This document shows positions 55,524 to 64,000 of a stretch of 64,000 nucleotides of DNA, piece after piece. Numbering within the stretch: position 1 is the stretch's first letter; every line of letters starts with the position of its first letter. Source of the DNA: Dehalococcoidia bacterium (GTDB taxonomy: Bacteria > Chloroflexota > Dehalococcoidia > Bin125). The notes under the pieces were generated by a model, which was given only the letters and a program-made list of their open reading frames with translations, ran no database searches and had not been told where the DNA came from. A program made the translations under genes and the position numbers. The stretch lies in contig OY820591.1 in assembly GCA_963555985.3 (NCBI GenBank), positions 2,976,001-3,040,000 on the forward strand. The letters run 5' to 3'.

Positions 55524-57404
55524 GTGACCGCCCTCTCTGCCAGTGCTCCGCGCGCGCGATGGCCGCGCATGCCCGCCTCGGTGATCACCGTCGGGCGGAT
55601 CATGCGCTTCGCCCTTCCCTACTGGAAGGGCCTGCTGATCACGATGATCGCGATTCTGGCCACGGCCGGCTTCGCGGTGGCGACGCCGGTGCTTTTGCGC
55701 TGGGCTGTGGACACCGCAATCGACACCAGGATCGTCAACGGCGACACCGTTGTTGGAGTCACCGGCTGGCTGGTCGCGGTTGCGGGCGTGGCGCTGGTCG
55801 GCGCCGCCGTGCTGCGCGGTACCACGATGTTCATCCAGCGTTACCTGGCCGAATGGGTCGGCCAGACCGTCGCCTACGACCTCCGCAACGCGATTTACCA
55901 ACGCCTGCAAACACTCTCGTTCCGCTTCCACGACGGCGCGGAGACCGGTCAGATCATGGTGCGCGCGACTCAGGATGTCGAAGTGGTGCGGATGTTCATC
56001 AACTTCGGCGGTGTGCAGCTGACCTTCACGGTCGTGCTCACGGTCGTGACTGCGGTGCTGATGCTGGCGACGAACTGGCCGCTGACGCTGATGATCTGGG
56101 GAATTCTGATCGTGATTTCGGCGCGCTCCGCGATCGTCGCGCGGCAGCTGCGCCCGATCTGGAACGATGTGCAGGAGTCGCAGGCGCGGCTGGGGATCGT
56201 GCTCCAGGAGGCGCTCTCGGGCATCCGCGTGGTGAAGGCGTTCGGACGCGCCGATTTCGAGGGCAAGAAGTTTGGCCGCGCAGCGGGCTGGTTGCAGCAG
56301 CGCTCCTACGACGCCTCCATGGTGCAGGCGGTGAATATGCCGCTGATGACCGCGCTCGGGGCACTGGCGGTGGTGATCACGATCTGGTACGGCGGACGCC
56401 AGGTGATCAACGGCAGTCTCACGGTCGGCGATCTGACCATGTTCCTGATGTACCTCACCATCTTGCAGATGCCGATTCGCGGTCTCGGCTGGATGGTGAT
56501 GATGGTCCCCCGCGCGGCGACGGCGGGTGTGCGCATCTTCGAGATTCTCGATCAGGAGTCGGAAGTGCAGGATCGTCCCGGCGCAGCTGCGCCGACGAAC
56601 CCGCGAGGAGCGCTGCACTTTGACAACGTTGCATTCGCCTACGATCCGCGCTCGCCGGTTCTGCACGGGATCGAGTTAGAAGCCAGACCCGGCGAGTTGA
56701 TCGCCCTGCTTGGACGAACCGGGTCGGGCAAATCGACGATCGTGAACCTGATTCCGCGTTTCTACGACGTCAGCCAGGGCGCTGTCCGCTTCGACGATGT
56801 GGATGTGCGCGATTGGCCGCTCGAAGAACTCCGCCGACAGGTCGCGATCGTGCAGCAGGAAGTGTTCCTCTTCGCCGCCTCACTGAAGGAGAACATCGCC
56901 TACGGCCGCCCTGACGCGACGGACGAGGAGATTGAAGCGGCGGCGAAGCTGGCGCGGATTCACCACTTCATCAACCGTCTGCCGGAGAAGTACGACACTT
57001 GGGTGGGAGAGCGGGGCGCGAATTTCTCCGGCGGTCAGAAGCAGCGGATCGCGATCGCGCGGGCTCTGCTGATGGACCCGCGTGTGCTGATCTTTGACGA
57101 CTCCACCTCCAGCGTGGACGCGGCCACCGAGTTTGAGATCCAGCAGGCGATGGCGGCGCTGATGCGCGGTCGCACGACCTTCGTGATCGCGCACCGCCTG
57201 CGCTCCGTGCGTGAAGCCGATCAAATCCTGGTGCTTGACCAGGGCCGGATCGTACAGCGCGGCAAGCATCACGAATTGCTCGAAGAGGGCGGTCTCTACC
57301 GCGAGATCTATGAGCTGGAGCTGCGCGATCAGGAGTCCGCCGCCGAGTCCGAATCCGGAGAGCCGGTCGAAGCGGCTGTCGCAGCCGCGGGCGGGAGCAG
57401 CTAA
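55524..57404 (+). CDS. ABC exporter, fused permease/ATPase
   Basis: TMD plus GRTGSGKS, FSGGQKQR, FDD (degenerate Walker B); GTG after GGAG. Confidence 0.92.
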   Translation: MTALSASAPRARWPRMPASVITVGRIMRFALPYWKGLLITMIAILATAGFAVATPVLLRWAVDTAIDTRIVNGDTVVGVTGWLVAVAGVALVGAAVLRGTTMFIQRYLAEWVGQTVAYDLRNAIYQRLQTLSFRFHDGAETGQIMVRATQDVEVVRMFINFGGVQLTFTVVLTVVTAVLMLATNWPLTLMIWGILIVISARSAIVARQLRPIWNDVQESQARLGIVLQEALSGIRVVKAFGRADFEGKKFGRAAGWLQQRSYDASMVQAVNMPLMTALGALAVVITIWYGGRQVINGSLTVGDLTMFLMYLTILQMPIRGLGWMVMMVPRAATAGVRIFEILDQESEVQDRPGAAAPTNPRGALHFDNVAFAYDPRSPVLHGIELEARPGELIALLGRTGSGKSTIVNLIPRFYDVSQGAVRFDDVDVRDWPLEELRRQVAIVQQEVFLFAASLKENIAYGRPDATDEEIEAAAKLARIHHFINRLPEKYDTWVGERGANFSGGQKQRIAIARALLMDPRVLIFDDSTSSVDAATEFEIQQAMAALMRGRTTFVIAHRLRSVREADQILVLDQGRIVQRGKHHELLEEGGLYREIYELELRDQESAAESESGEPVEAAVAAAGGSS

Positions 57405-59416
57405 TGGGCATGATGGGCGGCGGGATGGCGGGCGGCTGGTCGTCCAATCTGGGCGGCGGCGGTCACGGTCCGCGCAGCGGTTGGGCCAGTTCGCGCATGT
57501 CCACCGACGGCTGGGAGAAGGAATACGGCACTCTCTACAACCCGCAGTTGGTGCGCCGCTTCGGTCGCTACATCGCTCCGCACAAGAAGCGTCTGTTTGC
57601 GGCAATCGCGGCGAATGCGCTCTTCGCCGTCGCGTTCAACATCCAGGTGTTCGTGGTCTATCAGGCCGTACAGGGCGCGCTCGATGAGGGTGTGCTCTCA
57701 ACCCTCGATTGGATTGCCGGCGCGTTCCTCGCGATCGTCGTCCTCTCCTGGCTGACGGAGTTCTTACGCCAATGGCTGATGGCCAACGTCGGACATCCGA
57801 TCCTGCGCAAGATGCGCCAGGACGTGTTTGATCACCTAATGCGACTAGAACATCGCTTCTATGACCGCGGCGAAGTCGGCGCGATCATGTCGCGCGTCAC
57901 CTCCGATGTACAGGTCTTGCAAGAGATGCTGACCAGCGGCGTGCTGACCGTGATCGGCGATATTTTCGGACTCGTGATCATCATGGCGGTGATGCTGGTG
58001 ATCGACTGGCAACTCGCGCTGGTGGCGTTCGCGGTGCTGCCGATTCTGGTGGTGGCGATGGCCTGGTGGAGCAAGCGCGCGCGGCGGGTGTTCCTGGAGA
58101 CGCGGGTGGCGATTGCGGCAGTCAACTCGACCTTGAACGAAGACCTCAACGGCGTGCGCGTCGTGCAAAGCCTCAACCGCGAAGGCGAGAACGCGCGCCG
58201 CTTCGACCGGATTAACAACTGGAACCTGCGCGCGACCCGCCGGGCGGGAATGCTCTCGGCGGCGATCATGCCGCTGGTGGAGATCCTGATCGCGGTGGCG
58301 ACGGCGCTGATCATCGTCGTGGCAGCGATCCGGCTGAGCAATGGCTCGATCACTGAGGAGGTCGGCATCGCGGCGATCATCGCGTTTGCGATCGGGATTC
58401 AGCGCTTCTTCGACCCCGTTCGGGATCTGGTTCTGCAATACACGATGTTCCAGCGCGCGATGGCGGGCGCCGAGCGAGTGTTCGAGGTGCTGGACACGCC
58501 GCCGGAAATTGAGGACGCCGCCGATGCACGAGACCTGCCCGATATCGCCGGACATGTGCAGTTCGACAATGTCTCGCTGGAGTACGTGGAGGATGTGCGG
58601 GTGCTCTTCGATCTCGATCTGGAAGTCCAACCCGGTGAGACCGTCGCTCTGGTGGGCGAAACTGGAGCGGGCAAGACTTCGATCACCTCGCTGATTACGC
58701 GCAACTACGAGGTCACTGAGGGGGCCGTGCGGATCGACGGCAACGATGTGCGCGAGGTGACGCGGGCCTCGTTGGTGCATCGCGTGGGCGTGGTGCTGCA
58801 AGACCCCTTCCTATTCTCCGGCACGGTGCTTGAAAACATCATGTACGGAAATCTGGAGGCGACGCGGGAGCAGGCGATCGCGGCGGCGGAAGTCGTCGGC
58901 GCGCACGAGTGGATCATGCGTCTGCCGCAGGGTTACGACACGCCGCTGGCGGAACGGGCGCAGAATCTGTCGATCGGGCAGCGTCAGCTCGTCGCGTTTG
59001 CGCGGGCGATTCTCTCCGACCCGCGCATTCTGATTCTGGATGAGGCGACTGCGAACGTGGACTCGCAGACCGAAGCGCTGATTCAGCAGGCGATTGCACG
59101 AGTGCTGCGGGGACGCACCGCGTTCGTGATTGCGCACCGATTGAGCACGATCCGCTCGGTGGATCGGATCATCGTGCTCGAATACGGCCGAATCATGGAG
59201 ATGGGTTCGCACGACGAACTGCTTGATCTGGACGGCTACTACGCCAAGCTCTACCGGATGATGTACGCGGAGCAGGAGAGCGTCGAGTTCGACGAGGATG
59301 CGGCGTTGGCGGTGCTGGACCGGATGCGGGAACGGACGAGCGCGAACGGTCGCAATGGCGCCAATGGCGCCGGCGCTCGCACAGAGTCAAACGAACCAGC
59401 CCTCGCCCTCGACTGA
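57404..59416 (+). CDS. ABC exporter, fused permease/ATPase (heterodimer partner)
   Basis: GETGAGKT, LSIGQRQ, LDEAT, AHRLST. Confidence 0.93.
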   Translation: MGMMGGGMAGGWSSNLGGGGHGPRSGWASSRMSTDGWEKEYGTLYNPQLVRRFGRYIAPHKKRLFAAIAANALFAVAFNIQVFVVYQAVQGALDEGVLSTLDWIAGAFLAIVVLSWLTEFLRQWLMANVGHPILRKMRQDVFDHLMRLEHRFYDRGEVGAIMSRVTSDVQVLQEMLTSGVLTVIGDIFGLVIIMAVMLVIDWQLALVAFAVLPILVVAMAWWSKRARRVFLETRVAIAAVNSTLNEDLNGVRVVQSLNREGENARRFDRINNWNLRATRRAGMLSAAIMPLVEILIAVATALIIVVAAIRLSNGSITEEVGIAAIIAFAIGIQRFFDPVRDLVLQYTMFQRAMAGAERVFEVLDTPPEIEDAADARDLPDIAGHVQFDNVSLEYVEDVRVLFDLDLEVQPGETVALVGETGAGKTSITSLITRNYEVTEGAVRIDGNDVREVTRASLVHRVGVVLQDPFLFSGTVLENIMYGNLEATREQAIAAAEVVGAHEWIMRLPQGYDTPLAERAQNLSIGQRQLVAFARAILSDPRILILDEATANVDSQTEALIQQAIARVLRGRTAFVIAHRLSTIRSVDRIIVLEYGRIMEMGSHDELLDLDGYYAKLYRMMYAEQESVEFDEDAALAVLDRMRERTSANGRNGANGAGARTESNEPALALD

Positions 59417-59514
59417 CACTCAGCACCTCTCCCTCTGGAGACCTGCGCGTACATCATTGATCGTCGGGATTCGATCTGTCTTCGTGCTTGCTGAGCAGAT
59501 AGCCGGATGGATTC

Positions 59515-60554
59515 CCTAGTCTCACAGACGAAGTGCGACAGATGATTGAGGTGAGCCCATGGGCGCGCAGTACACGCAGTTGGACCTGGCGGAGCGATGC
59601 GCGGTTGCCCGCTTACAGGCCGAGGGGCGCTCGATCCGGCAGATCGCTGCAGCTCTGGATCGCTCGCCATCGACGATTGCTCGAGAGCTGAAACGCAACA
59701 CGGCGCGCGACGGCTACCGTCCCGACTACGCCCAGCAACAGGCCCAGGCGCGGCGCTGGCGCGGTTCGCGGCTGGAACGCGACGATCAGCTGCGCGCGCG
59801 GGTGCTGCGCGAGTTGGCCCGCGGGCTCTCGCCGCAACAGGTCGCAGGCCGGCTGGCGCGCGAGGCGGGCGCGCCGGTGATCTCGCACGAGAGCATCTAC
59901 CGCTTCATCTACGCCCAAGCCTCGCGGGCCAAGCCCGGCCGCGGCGGCGGTTGGCGCCAGTATCTGCCGCGGCGCAAGGCGAAACGCGGTTGGCGCGGGC
60001 GCAAAGGCGGCAGTTCGGTCGAGCGCATCCAACTGCGGCGGCCCCTGAGCGAGCGCCCGGCGGCGGCCGCCGGGCGGCTCGAAGCCGGTCACTGGGAGGC
60101 CGACCTGATGCTCTTCGGGCGCGGCGGTCCGCTCCTGCTGATGCTGCACGAGCGCTCCTCGCGGCTGCTCGTGGGCTTGCCCGTGGCGGGCAAGGCGGCC
60201 GCTCCGGTCGCGCGCCTGCTGCTCAGCCTGCTCCGCGCCTGGCCGCCCGCCCTGCGGCGCACGGTCGCGTTCGACAACGGGACCGAGTTCGCCCGCCACT
60301 ACGAACTGCACCGGCTGGGCGTGGAGACCTTCTTCTGCGACCCCTACGCGCCCTGGCAGAAGGGCGGGATCGAGAATGCGATCGGACGCCTGCGCCGGGT
60401 CCTGCCGCGCCGGCTCGACCTCGCCCAACTCAGCCTCGCGCGTTTGATCGAAGTGCTGCAGTTGTACAACAACACCCCCCGCCAGTGCCTCGACTACCTC
60501 TCCCCGGCCGAAGTCTTCGGTCGGCAGTTGTTGCAGTTGCAATGTGAACCCACC
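59515..60554 (+). mobile_element. IS30-family insertion sequence, copy 2 (1040 bp)
   Basis: Near-identical to copy 1; TTC TSD at 59512-14 and 60555-57 inside a REP. Confidence 0.93.
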
Positions 60555-60575
60555 TTCCCGCCTGCGCGGGAATGA
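59559..60575 (+). CDS. IS30 DDE transposase
   Basis: Same protein as copy 1 except the last residues, which are encoded by target DNA. Confidence 0.95.
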   Translation: MGAQYTQLDLAERCAVARLQAEGRSIRQIAAALDRSPSTIARELKRNTARDGYRPDYAQQQAQARRWRGSRLERDDQLRARVLRELARGLSPQQVAGRLAREAGAPVISHESIYRFIYAQASRAKPGRGGGWRQYLPRRKAKRGWRGRKGGSSVERIQLRRPLSERPAAAAGRLEAGHWEADLMLFGRGGPLLLMLHERSSRLLVGLPVAGKAAAPVARLLLSLLRAWPPALRRTVAFDNGTEFARHYELHRLGVETFFCDPYAPWQKGGIENAIGRLRRVLPRRLDLAQLSLARLIEVLQLYNNTPRQCLDYLSPAEVFGRQLLQLQCEPTFPPARE

Positions 60576-60647
60576 CGGAAATGGGGATTACGCGCAGGTC
60601 TCCTCTGGGGGAGGCCACGGGCTGCACGCTCAGCTTCGGAAACGCTG

Positions 60648-61730
60648 CTAGCTCGCATCGAACAGTGTGCCTTGATCGGGCCCGCCGTTTGGGGGCGTCA
60701 GGCCCAGGTGACTCCATGCGGCCGGCATGGCGATGCGGCCCCTTGGGGTGCGGGCGAGGAAGCCCAGCTGCATCAGGAACGGCTCGTAAACGTCCATGAC
60801 CGTATCGGTCTCTTCGGCGATGGCGGCGCTGAGGGTGTCCAGGCCGACAGGGCCGCCATCGAAGCGGGTGATCAGGGTGTGGAGGAGGCCGCGGTCGCGT
60901 TCGTCGAGGCCGAGTTCGTCGATTTGGAGGCGGGAGAGGGCTTCGTCGGCGACGGCTTCGGTGATCACGCCGTCGGCGCGGACTTCGGCGAAGTCGCGCA
61001 CGCGGCGAAGCAGGCGGTTGACGATCCGGGGAGTGCCGCGAGCGCGGCGGGCGAGCGTCTCGGCGCCAGCGGGTTCGAGCTCGACATTGAGCGCGTGAGC
61101 GGAGCGCTTCACGACGAGTTCGAGTTCTTCGGGGCTGTAGAAGTCGAGCCGCTGGACGATGCCGAAGCGGTCGCGCAGGGGCGGAGAGAGCATGGCGAAG
61201 CGGGTGGTCGCGCCGACCAGGGTGAAGGGTTTGATCGCGAGACGGACGCTGCGCGCGCCGGGTCCTCTGCCGATCAGCACATCAAGGGCGAAGTCCTCCA
61301 TCGCCGGATAGAGCACTTCTTCGACACCGCGCGGGAGGCGGTGAATCTCGTCGATGAAGAGCACGTCGTGGGTTTGGAGGGTGCTGAGCAGGCTGGCGAG
61401 GTCGCCCGGGCGCTGAATGGCGGGGCCGGAGGATGGTCGCAGGCTGACGCCGAGTTCGGCGGCGACGATGCGGGCCAGCGTGGTCTTGCCCAGTCCGGGC
61501 GGGCCGTAGAGGAGCAGGTGATCGAGCGGCTCTTCGCGCGCGCGGGCTGCATCGACTGCGATTCCCAACGCTTCATGCGCTGTGGCCTGGCCGACGAACT
61601 CGGTCAGGCGGGAAGGCCGCAGGGAGCGCTCGCCGGCGTCGGACTCGCTCTGATGCGCGCCGTCGACGATCCGGCCGACGGCTGCGCCTTCCTGTTCGGC
61701 GCTGTCGTTGGCAGGTGTCTCGTCAGGCAT
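60648..61730 (-). CDS. ruvB: Holliday junction branch migration helicase RuvB
   Basis: [38 protein letters not shown]. Confidence 0.96.
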   Translation of the reverse strand: MPDETPANDSAEQEGAAVGRIVDGAHQSESDAGERSLRPSRLTEFVGQATAHEALGIAVDAARAREEPLDHLLLYGPPGLGKTTLARIVAAELGVSLRPSSGPAIQRPGDLASLLSTLQTHDVLFIDEIHRLPRGVEEVLYPAMEDFALDVLIGRGPGARSVRLAIKPFTLVGATTRFAMLSPPLRDRFGIVQRLDFYSPEELELVVKRSAHALNVELEPAGAETLARRARGTPRIVNRLLRRVRDFAEVRADGVITEAVADEALSRLQIDELGLDERDRGLLHTLITRFDGGPVGLDTLSAAIAEETDTVMDVYEPFLMQLGFLARTPRGRIAMPAAWSHLGLTPPNGGPDQGTLFDAS

Positions 61731-61741
61731 GGTGCAGGAAC

Positions 61742-62323
61742 TCAGACACGCTGCAAGAAGGCGTTGCGGGACTCGACGGCGAGCGGGTGCAGTTGCTGCC
61801 CCGAGGCGAGTTGCTGACTGAGGCGGCGCTCGAGAAAGAGCGTGGCAGCGGCATAGAGGTCGCGTTCGGCGGCGGCGGCAACGACGGCCAGACCAGGATC
61901 GCGCTTGACTTTGTTCGGATCCACCTTGTCGGCGAGGAAGACGGCTAGCGCTTCTTCGGAGAGATCGGGATGGGCAGTGGTGTGGTAGTGGATCGCGCTG
62001 AGGATGTCGTCGTGCTCGATCTCCAGTTCGCGGGCGGCGTAATGCGCGGCGAGCGGGCCGTGCAGAACGATCGGCGCGGCGCGATCGGCGTCGGTGATCG
62101 TGAGTCCGCGAGCGCGGGAGCGTTCGAGGATGTCGGCGGGGTCGAGGTGGCGGAAGAGATCGTGTCCGGTTGCGGCGGCGGCGCAGACTTCGGGGTCGAG
62201 CTCGTGGATTTGGGCGAGGTGGAGTGCGCCGTCGATCACGCGCTGGGTATGCCGGCGGAGCGGCTTGGGCCGGTCGGTCAGCGCGGTCTCGAAGCGGGCT
62301 CGAGCCTCAGCGGGGGAGGTCAT
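61742..62323 (-). CDS. yqeK: YqeK-family HD hydrolase
   Basis: [32 protein letters not shown]. Confidence 0.8.
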   Translation of the reverse strand: MTSPAEARARFETALTDRPKPLRRHTQRVIDGALHLAQIHELDPEVCAAAATGHDLFRHLDPADILERSRARGLTITDADRAAPIVLHGPLAAHYAARELEIEHDDILSAIHYHTTAHPDLSEEALAVFLADKVDPNKVKRDPGLAVVAAAAERDLYAAATLFLERRLSQQLASGQQLHPLAVESRNAFLQRV

Positions 62324-62331
62324 GGGCACTG

Positions 62332-62916
62332 CTACTCGGGGCGCTCAAGCTGGACGCCGATGAAGTTGCTGACCGCATCGGCGACATCCAGCGACTCGCG
62401 TTCGGTCGGGAAGCGGCCCACGCGGAGCTGGGTTCCGTCGGCGAAGTTGAGATAGTTGCTGTAGGAGCCGCTGAATTGGAGCAGGAGCGGGCGCGAGCGT
62501 TGGCGCGTGATGCGCACGGTTTCCACGTCGTAGAGCTCGAAGCTCCAGTCGCGGTTGATCACCCAGAGCATCGATTGATGCACACGCCCGACATCAGCGC
62601 TGAGATCGAAGTCGATTTCGAGCACGTCTCCGCCGATCACGCCGAGGATCGCCCAAAGAATGCCGCCGCCGAAGTAGCCGGCGGCGGCGCCGATCAGCAG
62701 GGCGCCGATCAGGTCGTCGCCGCCGATCAGCAGGGCGGCGATGATCGCGCCGATCACGCCTGGAACCGCGCCGTAGGCCCAGTTGGGCAGAGGCGACCAA
62801 AAGGTGCGCACGCGCATCGTGTCGGAATTGGGGAAGGAGAGTCTGGCGATCGAGGAGCGCGTGGTCGGTTGCTGATCCTCGGAGCGGGCGGGTCGGCGTC
62901 GGCGTCGCTGTGACAT
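62332..62916 (-). CDS. Hypothetical membrane protein
   Basis: Gly-rich TM hairpin plus soluble C-terminal domain; in line with yqeK-ruvB. Confidence 0.7.
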   Translation of the reverse strand: MSQRRRRRPARSEDQQPTTRSSIARLSFPNSDTMRVRTFWSPLPNWAYGAVPGVIGAIIAALLIGGDDLIGALLIGAAAGYFGGGILWAILGVIGGDVLEIDFDLSADVGRVHQSMLWVINRDWSFELYDVETVRITRQRSRPLLLQFSGSYSNYLNFADGTQLRVGRFPTERESLDVADAVSNFIGVQLERPE

Positions 62917-63001
62917 GCACTTGAGGCTAGCCGATGCGCGCAGAGGCGCGAACGTTCCGCCTCACCCTTATCCTGAGCGTGGATAGCGAGAGGACGTTGC
63001 G

Positions 63002-63214
63002 ATGCGGCGATTCGGCGCGTTGTTGGTTGGCATCGCGGTGTGGATGTCGACGTACGGGGTCACGTTCGCAGCGGAGTCCGGGAGCCGCTATTCGGCGCCG
63101 GTCTGGGTCTGGGCGGCCGCGGGCGGCGCAACGGTCGGACTTGGGATCGCGGGATTTCTGATTGGCGTCTGGTTTCACCGCAAGCGGGAGCGTTTGGAGC
63201 GCGAGGGGGAGTGA
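63002..63214 (+). CDS. Small membrane protein
   Basis: GAGGA RBS; signal peptide, TM helix and basic tail. Confidence 0.6.
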   Translation: MRRFGALLVGIAVWMSTYGVTFAAESGSRYSAPVWVWAAAGGATVGLGIAGFLIGVWFHRKRERLEREGE

Positions 63215-63234
63215 TCGGGACGAGGGAAGGCGGG

Positions 63235-63357
63235 TGGATAGTTTGGATGGGTGGTTTGTTTTTTCCCAGGGCGGGTGAATCGACGATCTCCTGTTTTGGC
63301 TGGGAGAATCGCTGATCGGGGGTGGATGATTCTGGATAGTTTTGGATGGATTTGGAT
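63235..63357 (-). repeat. Phased repeat module ATCCA x4 - spacer - x2
   Basis: TGGAT at 63235, 63244, 63323, 63333, 63343, 63353; spacer similar to 25160-25210. Confidence 0.8.
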
Positions 63358-63374
63358 AGTGCTGCGGAGGTTCC

Positions 63375-63426
63375 GGACCCCCCTCTGCCGCTGCGCGGCA
63401 TCTCCCCCCGCAGTGCGGGGGGAGAG
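63375..63426 (+). repeat. REP family 2 double-hairpin element
   Basis: CCCCCCTC-TGCCGC-TGC-GCGGCA-TCTCCCCCC..GGGGGGAGA. Confidence 0.85.
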
Positions 63427-63483
63427 TTCTGCAACGCGCGGGTCGGTCTGAGTCTGGGCAGCAGCTAGCGACGCAGCGGGGGT

Positions 63484-63717
63484 TTAGGCCAGTACCGCGA
63501 TCAGGATGCCTGTACACGTGCCCATCGCGGCGATGATCAGGCCTCCCACAGTGATGACGACCTTGATGATGTCGAGCTTGGCTTCGGAAATGATCTTCCT
63601 GACGCGCTGTTCGAGGTCGTCGTCAAGCGCGGCCATAAACTTGCCCGCATCCTCATCTCCCCACTTTGCCCGAATGACGTCGTACAGGCGGATATGCGGC
63701 AACACGCTCACTGTCAT
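63484..63717 (-). CDS. Small coiled-coil protein with C-terminal TM (DUF1640-like)
   Basis: AAGGAG RBS; LYDVI..WGDEDA..KLDIIK followed by TM. Confidence 0.6.
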   Translation of the reverse strand: MTVSVLPHIRLYDVIRAKWGDEDAGKFMAALDDDLEQRVRKIISEAKLDIIKVVITVGGLIIAAMGTCTGILIAVLA

Positions 63718-63779
63718 CTCCTTGCTAGAGACGATCCACCGCCATCTTACCGAATGCCGCCTGGTCAGAGAGTGCAGCG

Positions 63780-64000
63780 CTAGATGTTGAGCAGATCCGC
63801 GACCTTCTCGCGGTGGTGGTCGGCGTCGCCCCACATCAGCTCGGCCATCTTCTGGCGGCGGAAGTAGAGCTGGATGATGTACTCCTTGGTGAAGCCGATG
63901 CCGCCGTGGATCTGCTGGCCGTGGGCGACCACGCGGCGGGTGGCGTCGGAACACCAGGCCTTGGCCATGGCGACCTGGAGGTCGGCGTCGGGCTCGTTCT
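63780..64000 (-). CDS. Acyl-CoA dehydrogenase, 3' part (runs off window)
   Basis: VAMAKAW, QIHGGIGFTKEY, YFRR, WGDADHHRE. Confidence 0.9.
   Translation of the reverse strand, partial: NEPDADLQVAMAKAWCSDATRRVVAHGQQIHGGIGFTKEYIIQLYFRRQKMAELMWGDADHHREKVADLLNI

Noticed and set aside
39341-60554. Composite transposon or inversion bounded by the two inverted IS30 copies
   Set aside because: Each copy has its own TTC duplication and restores a coherent REP when removed; the cargo is housekeeping genes

Overview
GC-rich bacterial chromosomal segment. Gene content (LLM/F420 oxidoreductases, acyl-CoA dehydrogenases, enoyl-CoA hydratases, CaiB/BaiF, Uma2, CRTAC1/ASPIC lipoprotein, dnaJ-hspR-clp, GAAC-N4-GTWC boxes) suggests Chloroflexota, probably Dehalococcoidia-like; this is inference. 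About 65 CDS, mostly metabolic or housekeeping (hpnA/G/H, iscU, nth, ruvB, yqeK, ABC exporter pair, histidine decarboxylase-like). They are interleaved with small accessory cassettes, three type II TA modules, two REP-like repeat families and two near-identical 1040-bp IS30 copies. I found no rRNA, tRNA or CRISPR array. The most unusual features are: (1) a dispersed family of modules with helically phased 9-10-bp repeats whose unit differs per locus, three of them behind LexA-like boxes and orphan/HTH ORFs; (2) accessory genes stacked in tandem and separated by largely synonymously diverged copies of the neighbouring core-gene ends, joined at a 4-bp microhomology; (3) an IS30 that inserts at the same position of a REP hairpin and takes its transposase stop codon from the target; (4) a duplicated promoter-ORF element inside zones of strong local strand skew; (5) two candidate structured leader RNAs. 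All calls come from reading the sequence by eye; no searches were run.
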